Translations under genes and position numbers: made by a program
Virus record (IMG/VR): IMGVR_UViG_3300043478_000063
Location: 1 to 37,445 of that record
Direction: 5' to 3' (one strand)
Origin: a virus
Lineage: Duplodnaviria; Caudoviricetes
DNA: 37,445 bases
Part shown: positions 33,984 through 37,445 of the stretch, one piece after another
Position numbering within the stretch: the stretch's first letter is position 1
How the letters are laid out: every line of letters begins with the position of its first letter
The notes under the pieces: model-generated
The model's input: only the letters and a program-made list of their open reading frames with translations
What the model was told of the DNA's origin: nothing
Databases searched by the model: none

Positions 33984-34126
33984 TCCGCCTTCTTCCTCCC
34001 CCGCCCCCCGGCCAGTCCGGCCTTACGCGCGATCGCGCTGCGTTCTTCGGGCGTGAGCTTCTTCTGGCGTGCTTTTGCGCCGCGCTTGCCTAGGGCCACC
34101 GCTGCGGGGTTCTTACGTGTTGCCAT
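33980..34126 (-). CDS. 48-aa basic KGG-like nucleic-acid-binding peptide (candidate repressor)
   Basis: Manual translation MATRKNPAAVALGKRGAKARQKKLTPEERSAIARKAGLAGGRGRKKAE; below the ORF-track size cutoff; ATGA overlap with the next gene. Confidence 0.85.
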   Translation of the reverse strand: MATRKNPAAVALGKRGAKARQKKLTPEERSAIARKAGLAGGRGRKKAE

Positions 34127-34131
34127 CTCTT

Positions 34132-34196
34132 TAGCTTAGCGCTCAGAAATTATCTTTGCAAAAAGTATTGACTATAGCTCAGCGCTAAGCTATTCT
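34132..34196. promoter_or_regulatory. Back-to-back sigma70 promoters with two palindromic operators
   Basis: + strand: TTGACT(34168)-17-TATTCT(34191). - strand: TTGCAA(34161)-17-TAAGCT(34138). Operator core CTNAGCGCTNAG at 34135-34146 and 34178-34189. Confidence 0.8.
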
Positions 34197-34248
34197 TGAG
34201 AAGTACCACATACGACGCGAGTCGATAACGCGCGAAAGAAGAAAAACA

Positions 34249-34431
34249 ATGCAAACCGTGAAATACATTTCTGATATCCGTCCCACTGTCGGATCGCTAG
34301 GCTATTCCGTATTGCAAGGACGATACGATGGCACGAGCGAACGCCTGACCTTGCTCTTTCTGCGTGACGCAGAAGGATGGTCAGTGCGGGCTTTGATCGT
34401 TCCCGCCGCCACTTTGGCAGGTGCGTTCTAA
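34249..34431 (+). CDS. Small hypothetical protein, first gene of the rightward early operon
   Basis: Follows the promoter; TAATG-coupled to the next gene. Confidence 0.55.
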   Translation: MQTVKYISDIRPTVGSLGYSVLQGRYDGTSERLTLLFLRDAEGWSVRALIVPAATLAGAF

Positions 34432-34718
34432 TGGACCGATTCACCGAAGAAACCTACTACACCGCGTGCGCCGCCGCGCCCGCCAACGAATGCCAGAACT
34501 GCGGCAACAGCGTCGAGACGCTGCACCGCGTTCCGGAGTTCGATTACATGGGCTGCGACGACTGCATGGAAGAGGCGCTCGCCGTGATCGCACGCGAGGC
34601 CTGCGAACACGAGAACGTCCGCACCGAAACGTTCGAGGACGTGAACGATGAGTACGTCACGATTTACGAGGAAATCACCTGCGCCCATTGCGGCGCACAA
34701 CTCCAGGAGGCCGCATAA
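34431..34718 (+). CDS. Acidic zinc-finger protein
   Basis: CQNC...CDDC, CEH...CAHC; ends QEAA. Confidence 0.7.
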   Translation: MDRFTEETYYTACAAAPANECQNCGNSVETLHRVPEFDYMGCDDCMEEALAVIAREACEHENVRTETFEDVNDEYVTIYEEITCAHCGAQLQEAA

Positions 34719-34719
34719 C

Positions 34720-35313
34720 ATGAGCAACACCGTAAAGTTCCAAACGAATGTCCCCGTCGAGCTCCGCATGCGGAGCCTCACCGGAAAGCCCGTCGACAGC
34801 CAGTTCGGCGGCATCCAGCACCAGTTCTTGTCTGAACAGGGTGCGTTCTACGTCTCGCCCGTCGTTGGCGGGATCCTCGTCGAGCAGTTCCGCAAGCTCA
34901 ACATCGCGGCAGGCGAGCCGATCGAGATCATGAAGGCCGAAGTCGTCGCGAACGGCGGAAAGCGGATCCAGTGGCAAGTCGCCAAGATCGGCTTTGCCGT
35001 TGGCGAGCAGGGAGACGGAACGTTCGTCGTCGCCACGCCGGAACCGCCGACCGAACTGGAGCAGAGGCTCAAGGCCTCGATCGAGCTCGTCGAGCAACGC
35101 AAGCAGGCGCAGCGTGCGCCGGCGGCCGCCGCGGCTCCCGAACCCGAATGGGCTCGCCACCTGGTCGCGCAATCCTGCGCCCTGGTCGATTCCTACGCCG
35201 CGGTCCTTCGTCACGCTGCCAGGCATGACAACGTGCGAGGCGACGACGTCCGTTCGATCTTTTTGAGCGCGTTCATCAACGTGTCCAAGGGAGCACAGCG
35301 CAATGTGGCGTAA
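34720..35313 (+). CDS. Hypothetical protein (possible OB-fold-like N-domain plus helical C-domain)
   Basis: MSNTVKFQTNVPV...; GGAGG ribosome-binding site; N-domain paralogous to the next gene. Confidence 0.75.
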   Translation: MSNTVKFQTNVPVELRMRSLTGKPVDSQFGGIQHQFLSEQGAFYVSPVVGGILVEQFRKLNIAAGEPIEIMKAEVVANGGKRIQWQVAKIGFAVGEQGDGTFVVATPEPPTELEQRLKASIELVEQRKQAQRAPAAAAAPEPEWARHLVAQSCALVDSYAAVLRHAARHDNVRGDDVRSIFLSAFINVSKGAQRNVA

Positions 35314-35608
35314 GATCACGTTCGAGCTCGACGTTCCCCAGACGCTTCACCTGATCTCGTTCGAGCCGTTCGATTCGGCGTTCCCGCCGTTCGACCTTCA
35401 GTATCGGGTGATCGCGGAGGAGGGCGTGTTCTACCTGAGCGATACGCAGGGAGGGCTGTTAGCGGCCCGCTTGCGTTCCCGCGGCGTTCAGCCTGGCGAT
35501 CCGGTCACGATCGTCAAGACGCAGGTAGCGAACCCCAACAGCGTGCGAAAGATCGTCGAGTTCATCCCGCTCCGCCAGGAGGCCCACGATGCAGCCAGCG
35601 CAGCCTAA
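35303..35608 (+). CDS. Paralog of the N-terminal domain of 34720..35313
   Basis: Aligned motifs F...VP, P.DS.F, E.G.FY.S...GG.L, G.P+.I.K.+V. Confidence 0.75.
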   Translation: MWRKITFELDVPQTLHLISFEPFDSAFPPFDLQYRVIAEEGVFYLSDTQGGLLAARLRSRGVQPGDPVTIVKTQVANPNSVRKIVEFIPLRQEAHDAASAA

Positions 35609-35735
35609 GCCGGCGCTCGAGCTCTACGAGACGCTCGAGGCGTACATCGACGCCATGATCGATTGGTCGATCGCGAAGCGTTTCGCGGACGTCGATCGCG
35701 TGTGGTTGAAATCGATCGGCGTGGACCCGGAATGA
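35589..35735 (+). CDS. Small hypothetical protein (48 aa)
   Basis: MQPAQPKPALELYETLEAYIDAMIDWSIAKRFADVDRVWLKSIGVDPE; GGAGG ribosome-binding site. Confidence 0.55.
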   Translation: MQPAQPKPALELYETLEAYIDAMIDWSIAKRFADVDRVWLKSIGVDPE

Positions 35736-35808
35736 TCGCCCTGACGAAGGGCCGGTCGGCGACCGCCCGAAACGCCGCTCGCGGCGTCGGCGAAAGCCAA
35801 GGAGAAAT

Positions 35809-36159
35809 ATGAAACGTATCGCGATGTTTTTGACGATGGCCGCTGGAATCGCCAGCGCCCAGTTGTGGCCGACGCAGCAGCCGGCAACCTCGGCTCCCCC
35901 GGTCTTCAGGCCGATGGTTCTGACGCCGATGCCGATGCCGGCCCCGGTGGCGATGCCGGCGCCGCCGGTCTACACGCCCCCGGTTCGGGCCACCCAGACG
36001 CAGATCGGGGACTCGGTCTACTACCGGGACTCGACCGGAACCACCGGGACCAGCAACCGGATCGGAGACACCACCTACACCACCTACCGGAACGGAGGGG
36101 AGACGACGCGCTGCACGGCCAACCAGATCGGCGGCACGGTTTACAGCAACTGCCGGTAA
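35809..36159 (+). CDS. Exported protein with signal peptide, Pro linker and Thr/Gly beta-repeats
   Basis: MKRIAMFLTMAAGIASA|Q; IGD/IGG repeats; AAGGAG ribosome-binding site. Confidence 0.8.
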   Translation: MKRIAMFLTMAAGIASAQLWPTQQPATSAPPVFRPMVLTPMPMPAPVAMPAPPVYTPPVRATQTQIGDSVYYRDSTGTTGTSNRIGDTTYTTYRNGGETTRCTANQIGGTVYSNCR

Positions 36160-36166
36160 CGGCAAG

Positions 36167-36186
36167 GGGAGGCCTTCGGGCCTCCC
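36167..36186 (+). other. Stable cUUCGg hairpin
   Basis: GGGAGGCC-TTCG-GGCCTCCC; no U tract, so not a canonical terminator. Confidence 0.6.
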
Positions 36187-36200
36187 ACACCAACACCACC

Positions 36201-36335
36201 ATGAAAGACAATAACGAGATGCGAGAGGATGGCTGGACGCCGTACCGCGACGTAATGCGCTACCGGCGTCTTTTGCTTTTGTCGATGCTCCTCAACGTGA
36301 TCCTGGCCGCGGCACTGGTACACTGCCTGCGATGA
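36201..36335 (+). CDS. Small single-TM protein
   Basis: MKDNNEM...LLLLSMLLNVILAAALVHCLR. Confidence 0.5.
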   Translation: MKDNNEMREDGWTPYRDVMRYRRLLLLSMLLNVILAAALVHCLR

Positions 36336-36344
36336 CGGAATTGA

Positions 36345-36641
36345 TCAAAGCTTCGGCACAGCCTTGAGTTCAAAGATGCCCGCGCAGTGGGGGCACTCGA
36401 TGAGCACGCGCTTATCTGCGGGAATCCCGTTCGATTGCGCGGGTGGATGATCCAATTTCTCCGCAACGCGGTATCTCCACATTTCTTTCTGCCCCGTCCG
36501 AACGAGCGTTCCATTCCTGGTGAGATAGCGCAAGTAAGATCCTGCGAAGCACGGCGGGAGATTTGCTCCTTCTTGAATCTCAGCAAGACGAGAGTCGGGA
36601 TGCTCAGTCAGCCAGTCGATGACCTTTTGCGCATACGTCAC
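36345..36641 (-). CDS. wHTH plus zinc-ribbon protein
   Basis: VIDWLTEHPDSRLAEI...LRYLTRNGTLVR...WRY; CPHC. Confidence 0.7.
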   Translation of the reverse strand: MTYAQKVIDWLTEHPDSRLAEIQEGANLPPCFAGSYLRYLTRNGTLVRTGQKEMWRYRVAEKLDHPPAQSNGIPADKRVLIECPHCAGIFELKAVPKL

Positions 36642-36646
36642 ACGCT

Positions 36647-37201
36647 TCAGCCCTTCCCCGCCGCCTCACGCTTCGGAACGCTCTTGAGCCTGCGCGACCC
36701 GCTACGGGCCTCCGCGATCAGACCGGCCGCCTTCGTCTTGCCGATGAGATCCTCGATCGCTCCGATCGGCACGGTCGCGATCTCTAGCAGTTTATCAAGC
36801 CCGATCACCGCAATCAGACCGCGCATGCTCTTGACGCGCCGCTCTCGTTCGCGCGCCGAGACGTGCAGACGGTAGACGTCGCCCTCGATGGTCGCGTCCG
36901 CGTCCGGCGGCATCGCGTTGAACCAGCCCTTGATCGCCTTTTTCAGGAGCTCGTAGCGGGCGACGTCCGGAGCGTTGCATTGCATGCGCCGGTCGAGCTC
37001 GCCGTACTCGTCGACCAGCAGTCTTTGATGGCGGTCCATCGGGACGGCCAGTTCGGCGGGCTGCGCCTCATTTGTGGTCGAAAAATGCGTAGCACTAGGG
37101 GGAATCCCCTTTCCGGTTTTATCGCCAGACTGGAGGCGTGGCGCTGCGGCTGTGCGGCGGCTGGGCGCGGCGGTGATGGCTCTGGCGACGGGGCGTCTCA
37201 T
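36647..37201 (-). CDS. Hypothetical phage protein (DEYGEL motif)
   Basis: LVDEYGELDRR...YELLKKAIKGW; ATGA overlap with the repeat-protein stop. The true start may be internal. Confidence 0.65.
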   Translation of the reverse strand: MRRPVARAITAAPSRRTAAAPRLQSGDKTGKGIPPSATHFSTTNEAQPAELAVPMDRHQRLLVDEYGELDRRMQCNAPDVARYELLKKAIKGWFNAMPPDADATIEGDVYRLHVSARERERRVKSMRGLIAVIGLDKLLEIATVPIGAIEDLIGKTKAAGLIAEARSGSRRLKSVPKREAAGKG

Positions 37202-37445
37202 GCGGCTGTGATCATTCGATCCAACAAGTGAAAAGCAGATGTTTGGAGCGTCTGAACAATCGGCTGCAGCCTTGCCCCGGCAGCGGCCCTGGCAGCGGCC
37301 CTGGCAGCGTCCCAGGCAGCGTCCCCGGCAGCGGCCCAGGCAGCGTCCCAGGCAGCGGCCCTGGCAGCGGCCCTGGCAGCGTCCCAGGCAGCGTCCCCGG
37401 CAGCGGCCCAGGCAGCGTCCCAGGCAGCGTCCCAGGCAGCGGCCC
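37198..37445 (-). CDS. C-terminal part of the tetrapeptide-repeat protein
   Basis: ...WDAARAAARAAAGARLQPIVQTLQTSAFHLLDRMITAA*. Confidence 0.85.
   Translation of the reverse strand, partial: AAAWDAAWDAAWAAAGDAAWDAARAAARAAAWDAAWAAAGDAAWDAARAAARAAAGARLQPIVQTLQTSAFHLLDRMITAA
37277..37445. repeat. 12-bp tandem repeat, 14 units, same array as 1-335
   Basis: Same unit and same variant positions as the array at the window start. Confidence 0.98.

Larger units (their letters stand above)
33400..34045. repeat. 66-bp direct repeat (33400-33465 / 33980-34045, 3 mismatches)
   Basis: Manual alignment; offset 580 bp. Confidence 0.92.
1..37445. mobile_element. Near-complete temperate phage (P22-like podovirus architecture), circularly permuted
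   Basis: Ordered terminase-portal-scaffold-coat-adaptor-tailspike-gp10-ejection genes with no tape-measure/tail-tube genes. Both contig ends fall in the same 12-bp repeat and one ORF reads across the junction. Confidence 0.93.

Noticed and set aside
33400-34045. Direct repeat as a DGR template/variable pair
   Set aside because: No reverse transcriptase in the genome, only 3 differences, not confined to adenines of one copy, and both copies are coding.
1-37445. tRNA genes or a tRNA-derived attP
   Set aside because: No cloverleaf or GGTTCGANTCC T-arm in an intergenic context was seen.

Overview
The window looks like an essentially complete, circularly permuted ~37.4 kb temperate podovirus-like (P22-type) phage genome. 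The contig opens and closes inside one 12-bp tandem repeat, which lies within a single minus-strand gene (N-terminus 761->1, C-terminus 37445->37198). The + strand carries the morphogenesis module from 6715 to 30728: TerL, a kinase / Pro-repeat / beta-helix insert, portal, scaffold, P22-like coat, a BACON decoration protein, two adaptor paralogs, tailspike, gp10-like hub, GNAT-like gp14 and three ejection proteins, the last carrying a DdrB-like ParB domain. This module is interrupted by three antisense cassettes, including higBA, and ends at brnTA. The rest holds a wHTH replication initiator with a perfect 28-bp palindrome, an HNH nuclease, many small Zn-finger genes and two tyrosine recombinases (Cre-like and FimB/FimE-like), neither with a recognisable arm-binding domain. 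Most notable: (i) the Cre-like gene sits between two densely base-paired non-coding regions; (ii) a lambda-like divergent promoter/operator switch has a leaderless 48-aa basic peptide in the repressor position instead of an HTH CI; (iii) the TerS-like gene is detached from TerL, on the opposite strand, next to the FimB-like recombinase; (iv) phased GTGCGG arrays are shared between an HTH gene and late-region intergenic spaces. All calls come from motif recognition by eye; no database searches were run. An Acidobacteria-like soil host is only a guess.
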